From Bacilli bacterium (GTDB lineage: Bacteria > Bacillota_I > Bacilli_A > RFN20 > CAG-826): 64,000 nt of DNA. Below, in pieces: positions 24,683 through 33,786 of the stretch (the first letter of the stretch is position 1; the number at the start of each line of letters is the position of its first letter). The notes beneath the pieces are model-generated. The model was not told where the DNA came from, searched no databases, and saw nothing but the letters and a program-made list of their open reading frames with translations. The DNA lies in the NCBI GenBank assembly GCA_022653695.1, contig JALCSW010000002.1:278605-342604 (forward strand), read 5' to 3'. Position numbers and translations under genes: made by a program.

Positions 24683-26587
24683 ATGAAAATCGTTTTTGAG
24701 AAAAAAGAGGCCGAAATCGAGGGCGGGGCCAACGGATTCGCGGCCGCCAAAGCCCTCGACCCCGAAAACAAAGCCAAAGACGTGGCTTACAAAATCGGCG
24801 AGCGGATGTTCGACATGAGGACCCCAATCCCCGCTGGGGCCGAAATAAGTTTCGTCCGCGAGGGCGGGGCGGAAGCCTTTGGCTTGCTCAACCATTCGAC
24901 GAGCCACCTCATGGCCCAAGCCATCATCCACCTCTTCCCGAACGCCAAATTCGGTTTTGGCCCCTCGATCGAAGAGGGGTACTACTATGACGTCGATTTC
25001 GGCGACAAAGTCGTCACCGAAGCCGATTTTCCCTCCATCGAGGCCGAAATGAGGAAACTCTCGAAAGAGAATCTGCCTTTCCTCCGGAAGGATGTCACCC
25101 CCGAGGAAGCCAAAGCCATTTTCAAGGCCAACCCTTACAAGGAAGAGCTGATAGCCGAGCACGAAAACGAAAAGATCTCGACTTACGCCCAAGGCGATTT
25201 CGTCGATTTCTGCCGGGGGCCTCACGTCCCTTCGACCGGATACATCAAGCATTTCAAACTCCTGAGCGTCGCGGGCGCCTATTGGCGGGGCGACAGCAAG
25301 AACAAGCAGCTCACCCGCATCTACGGCACTTCCTGGTGGAGCGAGGAGGAACTCCGAGACCACCTCGCTGTTTTGGAGCGGCGCAAGGCCAACGACCACC
25401 GCAAACTCGGCAAGGAACTGGGGCTGTTCTTCATCAGCGACTATGGCCCCGGATTCCCTTTCTTCCTGCCTAACGGCATGATCCTCAAGAATTCCTTGCT
25501 CGATTACTGGCATAGGATCCATCAGGAGGCCGGCTACCGCGAAATCGAGACCCCGACCATGCTTTCGCGAGAACTGTGGGAGACCTCCGGCCATTGGGAT
25601 CACTACAAGGACAACATGTACACCACCAAGATCGACGGAAAGGATTTCGCGATCAAGCCGATGAACTGCCCCGGCGCCATCCTGGTTTACAAGAACGACA
25701 TCCATAGCTACAAGGAACTGCCGCTCCGCTACGCCGAGCTCGGCCACGTCCACCGCCACGAGGCGAGCGGGGCCCTCAATGGGCTCTTCCGCGTCCGAGC
25801 CTTCACCCAAGACGACGCGCACATCATGATCCGCGAGGACCAGATCGAGAGCGAGGTCAAGGCCATCATGGCCCTCTTCGACAAGGTCTACGCGGTTTTC
25901 GGTCTCAGCTACCGCATCGTCCTCAGCACCCGGCCCGAGACCGGATACATCGGATCGATCGCCTTTTGGGACAAGAGCGAGGCCGCGCTGGCCAAAGCCT
26001 GCCAAGATAGCGGGCGCGAATACCAAATCAACCCGGGAGACGGGGCTTTCTACGGCCCGAAACTCGATTTTAAACTCAAGGACTCGATGGGCCGCACGTG
26101 GCAATGCGGCACCATCCAGCTCGACGTCAACCTCCCCCATCGCTTCGGCTGCTCTTACATCGACGAAAACGGCGAGAGGAAGGAGCCGGTCATGCTCCAT
26201 CGCGTCGTCTTCGGCTCGGTCGAGCGCTTCATTGGCATCATCACCGAAAACTACGGCGGGGCCTTCCCGACGTGGCTCGCCCCGGTTCAGTGCAACGTTT
26301 TGCCCGTCAACCCGGAGTTCCACGAAGGATACGCCCGGGAAGTCGAAAAGGCCCTCCAAGCGGCCGATGTTCGCGTCAAAGTGGACGACAGCAACGAGAA
26401 GCTGGGGTACCGCCTCCGCAACTCGCAGGTTCAGAAGATCCCCTTCACCCTCGTCATCGGGGACAAGGAAAAGGAAGGGAAAACCGTCACATACCGCCTT
26501 TATGGACAGCAAAAGCAGGTCAGCGTCCCCCTCGCCGAATTCGTGAAAATCATCCGCAAGTCAATCGAGGAGAAGGCCCGTTATTAG
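24683..26587 (+). CDS. thrS: threonine--tRNA ligase
   Basis: MKIVFEKK... TGS-like N-terminus, editing-domain HSTSHLMAQA, class II motifs (FRVRAFTQDDAHI). The upstream part of ORF 24554 is the T-box leader. Confidence 0.97.
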   Translation: MKIVFEKKEAEIEGGANGFAAAKALDPENKAKDVAYKIGERMFDMRTPIPAGAEISFVREGGAEAFGLLNHSTSHLMAQAIIHLFPNAKFGFGPSIEEGYYYDVDFGDKVVTEADFPSIEAEMRKLSKENLPFLRKDVTPEEAKAIFKANPYKEELIAEHENEKISTYAQGDFVDFCRGPHVPSTGYIKHFKLLSVAGAYWRGDSKNKQLTRIYGTSWWSEEELRDHLAVLERRKANDHRKLGKELGLFFISDYGPGFPFFLPNGMILKNSLLDYWHRIHQEAGYREIETPTMLSRELWETSGHWDHYKDNMYTTKIDGKDFAIKPMNCPGAILVYKNDIHSYKELPLRYAELGHVHRHEASGALNGLFRVRAFTQDDAHIMIREDQIESEVKAIMALFDKVYAVFGLSYRIVLSTRPETGYIGSIAFWDKSEAALAKACQDSGREYQINPGDGAFYGPKLDFKLKDSMGRTWQCGTIQLDVNLPHRFGCSYIDENGERKEPVMLHRVVFGSVERFIGIITENYGGAFPTWLAPVQCNVLPVNPEFHEGYAREVEKALQAADVRVKVDDSNEKLGYRLRNSQVQKIPFTLVIGDKEKEGKTVTYRLYGQQKQVSVPLAEFVKIIRKSIEEKARY

Positions 26588-26623
26588 ACGGTTCGGACGC
26601 AGAATCGATCGGCCTTTGACAAA

Positions 26624-26650
26624 AAGGGCCGGCGATGCCGGCCCTTTTGC
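26624..26650. terminator. bidirectional terminator between thrS and ogt
   Basis: GGGCCGGC GAT GCCGGCCC hairpin flanked by an A-run and a T-run. Confidence 0.7.
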
Positions 26651-26659
26651 TTTTCCCCC

Positions 26660-27166
26660 TTAATCGTCATCTTTATATTCGCCGGCCACGAAAGTGCGGT
26701 TCGCGTTCGTCTTCTCCATCGCGAGGAGCTTTCTTTTGAGGTCGAGCCCGCCGATATAGCCAACCAGCGAGCCCCCTTTGCCGATGACGCGATGGCATGG
26801 GATGAATAGAGGGATCGGGTTTCGGTTCAAGGCCATCCCGACGCTCCGCTCGCCCCGCGGCTCGCCGATGGCTTTCGCCACGTCCTCGTAGGTAAGGACT
26901 TTGCCATAGGGAATCGTCCTCACGTAATCCCAGACTTTCCTTTCGAAATCGGTTCCCTCAGGCCGCAGCCGAACGTCGAAAACCTTTCGCTGGCCAAAAC
27001 AATATTGATTCAACTCGATGATGGCGTCATAGAGGACGGCGTTTTCCTCGTTTATGGCCCCTAGGGGATCAACCGCCCCGAATTTCATCCCGACAAGGGC
27101 CTTCTCGTCGCTCAAAATGGTAACGTCCCCCAGCGCGGTGTCGTAAACGGCGTAACGAATGGCCAT
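26660..27166 (-). CDS. ogt: methylated-DNA--protein-cysteine methyltransferase
   Basis: PCHRVIG active-site motif. 168 aa. Confidence 0.9.
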   Translation of the reverse strand: MAIRYAVYDTALGDVTILSDEKALVGMKFGAVDPLGAINEENAVLYDAIIELNQYCFGQRKVFDVRLRPEGTDFERKVWDYVRTIPYGKVLTYEDVAKAIGEPRGERSVGMALNRNPIPLFIPCHRVIGKGGSLVGYIGGLDLKRKLLAMEKTNANRTFVAGEYKDDD

Positions 27167-27328
27167 GAAATCCTTTTCAAACCTTCCCTTTGCTCTTATT
27201 AATAGCGGTTTTCCTCCGAAAAAGCAAATCGAGCTTCAGCGCCTTCTCACGATAAAACCAACGTTTCATCGAACGAAAGGGACTTTAAAAAATGAAGCGT
27301 GCCTTCGTGAGCCTTTATTTGAATCGGC

Positions 27329-27352
27329 GAAAAGGGGGCCTTCTGGCCCCCC
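27329..27352 (-). terminator. rho-independent terminator after the oleate hydratase gene
   Basis: On the minus strand: GGGGGCC AGAA GGCCCCC followed by TTTT. Confidence 0.6.
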
Positions 27353-27444
27353 CAAGAAAAGCGTTTCGCCACCCATGGGCGGCAGCAGCACTGGCCCGGC
27401 GGCCCCCTCGACGGAACCGCAAAGGCCCCGAGGCGGCCACCCGC

Positions 27445-29229
27445 TTAGAAGAGGCCGCTGTTCTTCATGATCGTCTCGGCATCCGTCCCTTTGGCGGCTT
27501 TCCGCACTTTCTTAAGCAGGATTTTCTCCTTCCACGAAAGCGGGATCTCCTCGATCTTTTTTCCGTCGAGCGCATGGTATGATGCCTTAAGGAGTTCCCG
27601 GACATCGTATGTCGAGCCCCACACTTCGGGGATGCCGCGATCGACCTTCATGAGGGTGTAAGCCGCCTCCATGCCGGTGCGGATCGAGTATTCCGTCGTG
27701 AAGATAGTGTCGCGCGGAGTTTCGGCGAACTGGCCCACGAAAGCGAAGTTCACGGCCCCTTCGGGCACGACGCGAGGACGGTCCGTGTTCTTCCGAGGCT
27801 GGAAGAAAGCGTTGATGTAAGGCATGTAGCAAGTCGTGGTGTTGCACTTTTTCGAGGCGCATTTGGCGATTTCCCCAACCGGCATGCCGATATGGTAGAG
27901 CCATTCCTGGCAGATTTCCTCGCCCGAGCATTCGCGCATGGGCTTTTTCACGAAGTTTCCCGGCTTGTTCGTCGAGAGGGAGTAAACCCAAATGAGAACC
28001 GTGCTCTTGTCCTGGGCTTTGAACTGCGGCTGACGGTTGACGGTCCAACTTAGGAACCAATTGTCGCGGCTGTCCTTCACCGTGACGATACCCCCGGTCG
28101 TGACCTTGCCCTCCAAGGGATTGCGATGGCAAATCGCCTCGATGAGACGGATGACCGCGGGGTCTTTCGTCTCAATCGTCGCCGACATCCAGTTGGTCGC
28201 CTCAGGGTCGCTCGCGAAAGCCGCTGGGTTGCCAAAAGATGGGTCCTGCGCGGCGATCTTATTCCATAGATTCCAGGAATCGCCGACGTTGGGGCTGATT
28301 CTTGAAAGGTCCGGGGCGTGCTTCTGATCGCCATAGCGGCTCACATCAGTGCAGCAGCCGTTCGTGATTATGACTAAGTCATCCTCCGAAAGTTCCTTCG
28401 TCTCGGTTTTCCCCTCTTTAAGGAATTCGAGTTTCTTGGCGACCTTCTTTTGCCCGGATACGGCGAACTCCACGTTCGTTACCTCAATGCCGAAATCGAA
28501 GACAACGCCCCGACTTTCGAGATATTTCTGAAGCGGGAGGATCATCGATTCGTATTGGTTGTATTTGGTGAACTTGAGGGCCGAAAGGTCAGGCAATCCG
28601 TCGATATGGTGAACGAAGCGTTGCATGTAACGCTTCATCTCGAGGGCGCTGCACCACCGCTGGAAAGCGAACATGGTCTGCCAGTAGATCCAAAAGTTGC
28701 TGTTCCAGAACTCGTCATCGAAGAAGTCGCTGATTTTCTTATCTTCGAGATCTTTCTCCGGGGTCATATAGAGTTTCATGATCTCCAAAGCCGCCTTCTT
28801 GCTCAGCCCGAACTTCCTGTCGGTGTGGGCGTCATGTCCGCATCGCTCCGTCACGCGGCAAAGCGAATAGTTGGGATCCTTCTTGTTGAGCCAATAATAC
28901 TCGTCGAGGACCGAAACCCCCGGGGTCTCGAGCGAGGGGACGTCGCGGAAGAGGTCCCACATGCATTCGAAGTGATTGTCCATCTCGCGGCCGCCGCGCA
29001 TATAGTAGCCTTTGAGCCCGTCCTTAAGGCCGTCGCAACTGCCTCCGGAGACGGGGAGCTTCTCCAAAACGCGAACGTTTTCCCCTTTGAGCCCGCCATC
29101 GCGAACCAGGAAGAAGGCCGCAGAGAGCCCCGCTAAGCCGCTTCCGATGACGTAAGCGTGTTTCCTTTCGGATCCTTCCGGTTTTTCCGGATGGGCGAAA
29201 GCTTCGTAATTTCCCGCCGAATAATACAT
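27445..29229 (-). CDS. ohyA: oleate hydratase (MCRA family, FAD-dependent)
   Basis: MYYSAGNYEAFAHPEKPEG...YVIGSGLAGLSAAFFLVRDG is a hallmark N-terminus. AAGGAGG lies 8 nt upstream of the chosen Met. Confidence 0.93.
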   Translation of the reverse strand: MYYSAGNYEAFAHPEKPEGSERKHAYVIGSGLAGLSAAFFLVRDGGLKGENVRVLEKLPVSGGSCDGLKDGLKGYYMRGGREMDNHFECMWDLFRDVPSLETPGVSVLDEYYWLNKKDPNYSLCRVTERCGHDAHTDRKFGLSKKAALEIMKLYMTPEKDLEDKKISDFFDDEFWNSNFWIYWQTMFAFQRWCSALEMKRYMQRFVHHIDGLPDLSALKFTKYNQYESMILPLQKYLESRGVVFDFGIEVTNVEFAVSGQKKVAKKLEFLKEGKTETKELSEDDLVIITNGCCTDVSRYGDQKHAPDLSRISPNVGDSWNLWNKIAAQDPSFGNPAAFASDPEATNWMSATIETKDPAVIRLIEAICHRNPLEGKVTTGGIVTVKDSRDNWFLSWTVNRQPQFKAQDKSTVLIWVYSLSTNKPGNFVKKPMRECSGEEICQEWLYHIGMPVGEIAKCASKKCNTTTCYMPYINAFFQPRKNTDRPRVVPEGAVNFAFVGQFAETPRDTIFTTEYSIRTGMEAAYTLMKVDRGIPEVWGSTYDVRELLKASYHALDGKKIEEIPLSWKEKILLKKVRKAAKGTDAETIMKNSGLF

Positions 29230-29354
29230 TTTCGTTCCCTCCTTCATTTTTGGGACATCCCTAAATTAGCAAAGGCGAAAGGGAACGGGCACCCCCAAGG
29301 GGAACGGATTGTCGAAAAACCCGACACTGGGTTCCGTTTGGGCAAAAACGCGAC

Positions 29355-29381
29355 AAAAAAGCCCCTTTGTCCAAAAGGGGC
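29355..29381 (-). terminator. terminator-like hairpin after tetR
   Basis: On the minus strand: GCCCCTT...AAGGGGC stem followed by T6. Confidence 0.5.
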
Positions 29382-29395
29382 GGGGCCAGAACGGC

Positions 29396-29953
29396 TTATT
29401 GCTTCGAATAGCTCACAAGGGCTTGGCGGAAGGTTCCTTTCACGATCGGGGAGAGGCGGGTCACGATTCTCTTGGGATCCTCTTTCATCCCCGCGTCGAT
29501 CCAATCGAGAACGAGGCCGACGAAGGAAGAGGTATAGAAACGGGCGATGAATTCCTTATCCTCGTCCTTGACGCTGAGGCCGTAGGACTGCTCCTCCACC
29601 ACCTCGTATAAAAGAGGGCGCACCAGCCGCTCCATGTACCTCATGAGGATATTGAGGGACACCGAATGATAGATGTTCATGACGAAGGAACGGTCTTCGA
29701 GGGCGAGCATGAAAACGCTGTAGAAGCCCTCTTCCCAGTTCTTGTAGTGCCGGTTCTCGGCAAGGATCGCGTCGGCATCTTGGACGCAGGTCCATTCGAT
29801 GAGAGCGGGGATATTGTCGAAATGGTAATAGAACGTCTGGCGGTTGATGCCGCAGTCGTCGGTGAGATCGCCCACCGTGATGTCCTTGAGGGGCTTCTGA
29901 AGCAGCATTTTCTTCAAAGACGAAGCCAAGGCTTTCTTCGTTAATTCGCTCAT
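29396..29953 (-). CDS. TetR/AcrR family transcriptional regulator
   Basis: N-terminal HTH ITVGDLTDDCGINRQTFYYHF. 185 aa. Confidence 0.9.
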   Translation of the reverse strand: MSELTKKALASSLKKMLLQKPLKDITVGDLTDDCGINRQTFYYHFDNIPALIEWTCVQDADAILAENRHYKNWEEGFYSVFMLALEDRSFVMNIYHSVSLNILMRYMERLVRPLLYEVVEEQSYGLSVKDEDKEFIARFYTSSFVGLVLDWIDAGMKEDPKRIVTRLSPIVKGTFRQALVSYSKQ

Positions 29954-30025
29954 ACACGTGTATTATAATCAAGCGCGCCCCAAAAACAAAAAAGGCCCAT
30001 CGGCGCCTCGCTCGCGCGAAAGGGG

Positions 30026-30054
30026 TTGACAGGCCCCCCAAAGCGCGGATAATA
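30026..30054 (+). promoter_or_regulatory. infC operon promoter
   Basis: TTGACA (30026..30031), 17 nt, ATAATA (30049..30054). Confidence 0.55.
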
Positions 30055-30055
30055 C

Positions 30056-30186
30056 ATTTGTCGATAAAAAGTAGAAAGCAGTTCGCGCAGAACTCGCCGG
30101 ATCCCGGAATCGGAATCGGCCCAGGCTACCACAAGTTCAACTTGAGATAAGTCGGGTTAAGCGCGGATTGCCGCGCTGTTTTTTAT
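30056..30186 (+). promoter_or_regulatory. candidate ribosomal protein L20 leader with intrinsic attenuator
   Basis: About 150 nt leader before infC. AGCGCGG ATTG CCGCGCT hairpin at 30159..30177 plus a T-run. The position matches the Bacillus infC-rpmI-rplT L20-controlled attenuator. Confidence 0.55.
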
Positions 30187-30207
30187 CGAAAGAGGAGGAA
30201 CTCAACC

Positions 30208-30756
30208 ATATCTTACTTCAAAACACACTACCATCGTCGTCCCGATAAACGTTACGATCCCATCAATGAGCACGTCCGCTATCCGGAAGTCCTCGTGATT
30301 GGACCCAACGGGGAGCAAATGGGGAAAATGTCATCCCGCGCCGCCAATGAATTGGCGCTCCGCTACGGACTCGATCTCTATTGCGTCGCCCCCAACGCCA
30401 ATCCACCCGTCTGCAAAATCCTCAATTACGGAAAATTCCGCTTTGAGCAGCAGAAACAAGAGAGATTGTCCCGCAAAAATCAGCATGCCAACGAACTTAA
30501 GCAAGTTCAGTTGACACCGCAAATCGGCCAGCATGACCTTGATACCAAGGCCCGCCACGCAAGGGATTTCATCGAAGATGGCAGCAGGGTTCAGGTCTGC
30601 GTCGTCTTTCGTGGGCGGCAGCTCGCCCATAAGGACCTCGGTGAGGAGGTTATGCAGAATTTCGTCCAAAGCCTCGAAGACATCGCCACCGTCGACAAAC
30701 CGCCTTTTTGGGAAGGCAAATGGTACGAATGCATCCTGGCGCCGAAGAAGAAATAG
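30208..30756 (+). CDS. infC: translation initiation factor IF-3, non-canonical ATA start
   Basis: The frame is open upstream of the track start (GTG 30295). GGAGG at 30194..30198 lies 9 nt before in-frame ATA 30208. The sequence ...INEHVRYPEVLVIGPNGEQMG...PPVCKILNYGKFRFEQQK matches IF-3. Confidence 0.85.
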   Translation: MSYFKTHYHRRPDKRYDPINEHVRYPEVLVIGPNGEQMGKMSSRAANELALRYGLDLYCVAPNANPPVCKILNYGKFRFEQQKQERLSRKNQHANELKQVQLTPQIGQHDLDTKARHARDFIEDGSRVQVCVVFRGRQLAHKDLGEEVMQNFVQSLEDIATVDKPPFWEGKWYECILAPKKK

Positions 30757-30770
30757 GAGGAAAACAGTTT

Positions 30771-30974
30771 ATGCCGAAAATGAAGTCAAGCCGCACCTTG
30801 GCCAAACGCATCAAGGTCACCGGCAGCGGAAAGATCAAACGCCACCACGCCTATATGGGGCATTTCGCCCCCAACAAGACGCGCAAGCAGAAGCATCATC
30901 TTAGAAAGGCCGCCTTGGTCAGCAAGGCCGACATGAAGAAGATCAGTCAGATGATCGACTTCAACAACAAGTAA
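30771..30974 (+). CDS. rpmI: 50S ribosomal protein L35
   Basis: [31 protein letters not shown]. Confidence 0.95.
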   Translation: MPKMKSSRTLAKRIKVTGSGKIKRHHAYMGHFAPNKTRKQKHHLRKAALVSKADMKKISQMIDFNNK

Positions 30975-30990
30975 AGGGAGGATAACAACA

Positions 30991-31368
30991 ATGGCAAGAG
31001 TCAAAGGCAGCGTCGCCACCAGAGCGAGCCGCAAAAAGATCTTAAACCGCGCCGAAGGTTACTTCGGTTCGAAACACCTCCTTTTCAAGACCGCGAAGGA
31101 ACAGGTCCTCCACAGCCTCCAGTACGCTTACGTCTCGCGCCGCGAGATCAAGAGCGATTTCCGGAAACTTTGGATCAAGCGCATCAACGCCGCCTGCCAC
31201 GAGAACGGCATCAGTTACAGCAAGTTCATGGACGGGCTCCGCAAGAGCGGGATCGCCATCAACCGCAAGATGCTTTCGGAAATGGCCATCGCCGATCCGA
31301 AGGCTTTTAAGGGCCTCGTCGAAACCGCCCGCAAAGCGAGCAAGAAGCCGGAACCGAAAGCCAAGTAA
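30991..31368 (+). CDS. rplT: 50S ribosomal protein L20
   Basis: [26 protein letters not shown]. Confidence 0.97.
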   Translation: MARVKGSVATRASRKKILNRAEGYFGSKHLLFKTAKEQVLHSLQYAYVSRREIKSDFRKLWIKRINAACHENGISYSKFMDGLRKSGIAINRKMLSEMAIADPKAFKGLVETARKASKKPEPKAK

Positions 31369-31389
31369 GTTTTGGACCATAAAACAAAG

Positions 31390-31417
31390 AAAGCGGCCTT
31401 CACGGACCGCTTTTTTT
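31390..31417. terminator. bidirectional terminator between rplT and thiI
   Basis: AAAGCGG...CCGCTTT hairpin followed by T7 on the plus strand and a T-rich run on the minus strand. Confidence 0.6.
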
Positions 31418-31455
31418 GTGAGAAAGGCTTCTTTAAAGCAAAGGATCGGCCGCCT

Positions 31456-32652
31456 CTATTCGGACTTTTTCCCAAAATCCTTGGGGGCTCCGTTCTTCAT
31501 GAGGATCGACTTGACGCCCGCGACGCACTCCTCAACGAGCGGCTTCCAATCGAACTTGCCCTCGAAGGCCTCGCACTCGTCGACCTTCGGCTTGGTCTTC
31601 GGCTTCTTAGGGGCGAAGATGGTGCAGCAATCCTCATACGGGCGAATCGAAATGCCATAGGTTCCGATTTTTTGGGAAACGCCGATGATCTGCAGTTTGT
31701 CGCTCACGGCGAGCGGGCGGATGATCGGGAAATTGGTGACGGCGTTGATGGCGACCATCGAATCGAGGGTCTGGGAAGCCACTTGGCCAACGCTCTCCCC
31801 CGTCGCGAGAGCGAGGCAATGGTCCTTGAGGGCGACCTCATGGGCGATTCGCATCATCATGCGCCGCATGATCGTGATGCAATAGGGTTCGTCGACGTGT
31901 TCGTAGATGGCTTCCTGAAGTTTGGTGAACGGAACGATGTCGAGTTTGATCTCCTCCTGATAGCCATTGAGGATTTTCAAAATGTCGAGGAGTTTGTCGA
32001 TGACGGCGCTTGAAGTGTAGGGAGGGGCGGCGAAATGGAGACATTCGATGCGAATGCCGCGACGCAGCAGGAGATAAGAGGCGACCGGAGAATCGATGCC
32101 GCCGCTAAGAAGCATAAGGGCTTTTCCGTTCATGCCAAGCGGATAGCCGCCGGCGCCCGGATAGCTATGGGCGTAAAGATAGCAGGCTTCCTTCCGCATC
32201 TCGAGATTCAGGGTGATGTCGGGTTCGTGGACGTCGACCGCGAGCGCGGAATTCTCAAGAAGGAAATCGCCAACCGCGCAGGCAAGCCCATACGAGTCGA
32301 GCGGATAACTCTTGTCGGCCCGTTTGACTTTGACTTTGAAAGTCTGGCCGCTTTCGCCCTTGACGAGATCGAGGGCGGTCTTCTCGACCGTCTCGATATC
32401 CTTGGGGCACTTATGGACGAGGGAGATTTTTTGGATCCCGGAGACGTCTTGGAGTTTCCTTACGATGGCTTCGGCCGGGGCTCCGCTTTCCAATGCGACG
32501 AAGGCGTGGTCGCGGCCGCTCGTGACGGCGGGGGACCCATAATCCTTGAGGGCGTGACGAACGTTGCGGGCCAATTGGCTGATGAAGCTTTTGCGATTCT
32601 CGCCCTTGGTGCTGAGTTCGCCATAGTGAATCATGAGATAATCGCCGCTCAT
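31456..32652 (-). CDS. thiI: tRNA 4-thiouridine synthase ThiI
   Basis: HYGELSTKGENRKSF, THUMP region, PP-loop LLSGGIDSPVA. Confidence 0.93.
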   Translation of the reverse strand: MSGDYLMIHYGELSTKGENRKSFISQLARNVRHALKDYGSPAVTSGRDHAFVALESGAPAEAIVRKLQDVSGIQKISLVHKCPKDIETVEKTALDLVKGESGQTFKVKVKRADKSYPLDSYGLACAVGDFLLENSALAVDVHEPDITLNLEMRKEACYLYAHSYPGAGGYPLGMNGKALMLLSGGIDSPVASYLLLRRGIRIECLHFAAPPYTSSAVIDKLLDILKILNGYQEEIKLDIVPFTKLQEAIYEHVDEPYCITIMRRMMMRIAHEVALKDHCLALATGESVGQVASQTLDSMVAINAVTNFPIIRPLAVSDKLQIIGVSQKIGTYGISIRPYEDCCTIFAPKKPKTKPKVDECEAFEGKFDWKPLVEECVAGVKSILMKNGAPKDFGKKSE

Positions 32653-33782
32653 CGGTCCTTGACCTCCTGAAGGATCTCGTCGAAAGCCTTTTCAAACGTT
32701 TTGACCTCATCCATGGTGTTAAGGGGCGAGAAACTGATTCGAATCGAGTTTTGGGCGCGGGCGCGATCCCCCGTCTCCTCGTCGACGACATAGGAAAAGG
32801 GATCCTTTTTGCTGGAGCAAGCGCTCACGGAAGAGACGTAGATGTCGCGATTGGAGAGGGCCTCCACCACGACCGAGGCCTTCTTTTTCGTAAGCGAGAC
32901 GTTTAAAAGATAAGGCGAGGCGGAGACGGGCGAATTCAGCAAAACGCCAGGCTTGTGCGCGAAATATCGCCGCAATTCCTCATTAAGGGGCCTGACGATG
33001 GCCTCCCGTTTCTTCAGGTCTCTCAGTCCCTCGACTTGAGCGAGCGCCATTGCGGCGTCCCCGGCGACGTCGCTCGTTCCGGCGCGATATCCGTGTTCTT
33101 GGCCGCCCCCTTCATTCTGGGGTTGGAGGATAATCGATCGGCGGTAGACGAGGGCCCCGGTCCCCTTAAGCCCGCCGAATTTGTGGCCCGAATAGGAAAT
33201 GAGGTCGCAATCCCCGTATGGAAAGACGGTTTTGCAAAGGGCCTGCGTCGCGTCGACATGAAAAAAAGCCTTTCGGAACTTATGGACGACAGCGGACAAT
33301 CCGGCGGTGTCGAAAACGGAGCCGATCTCGTTATTGACCGCCATAAGGGAGACGAGGATGGTGTTTCCGTCCATCGACCTCGCAAGTTCCTCCGGCGTCA
33401 CGACCCCTTCTCCGTTCACGGGCAAAACGACGACATCGTACCCAAAACGGTCCCTTAGATCCATAAGCGGGACGAGAATGCTTGGATGCTCGATGGCGGA
33501 GGTGATAATGCGCTTGCCGCGGGCGGCATAGTGAAAAGCGATGCCTTTGAGGGCGAGGTTATTGCTTTCGGTGGCCCCGCTCGTGAAGACGAGATCGTGG
33601 GATCCCCTTAAACCCATCGCCTCCAAAATCGAAACGCGGGCCCCATCGAGGATCCGGCGGGAGCGATGCCCAAAGGCGTGGTTGCTGCTGGGGTTGCCAA
33701 AAGAGGTGGCGCTGACTTCCTCGAATTTCCTCAAAGCCAACGGCAAAGCCTCGGTTGTAGCCGCGTTATCGAAATAAATCAT
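32649..33782 (-). CDS. iscS: cysteine desulfurase (NifS/IscS family, Bacillus NifZ-like)
   Basis: IYFDNAATT, SGHKFGG (PLP lysine), SSVSACSS. ATGA-coupled to thiI. Confidence 0.93.
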   Translation of the reverse strand: MIYFDNAATTEALPLALRKFEEVSATSFGNPSSNHAFGHRSRRILDGARVSILEAMGLRGSHDLVFTSGATESNNLALKGIAFHYAARGKRIITSAIEHPSILVPLMDLRDRFGYDVVVLPVNGEGVVTPEELARSMDGNTILVSLMAVNNEIGSVFDTAGLSAVVHKFRKAFFHVDATQALCKTVFPYGDCDLISYSGHKFGGLKGTGALVYRRSIILQPQNEGGGQEHGYRAGTSDVAGDAAMALAQVEGLRDLKKREAIVRPLNEELRRYFAHKPGVLLNSPVSASPYLLNVSLTKKKASVVVEALSNRDIYVSSVSACSSKKDPFSYVVDEETGDRARAQNSIRISFSPLNTMDEVKTFEKAFDEILQEVKDR

Positions 33783-33786
33783 GGAA

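Noticed and set aside
24653-26512. 619-aa ORF antisense to thrS. Similar long antisense ORFs occur elsewhere: 43050..44483 opposite groEL, 59206..60369 opposite leuS, 61849..62991 and 62678..63754 opposite glgD/glgC, 19054..20082 opposite pfkA, and 13656..14531 and 1681..2568.
   Set aside because: These are shadow ORFs, typical of GC-rich coding DNA. Their translations are Arg/Gly/Asp/Val-rich with no motifs, and the opposite strand encodes unmistakable conserved proteins.
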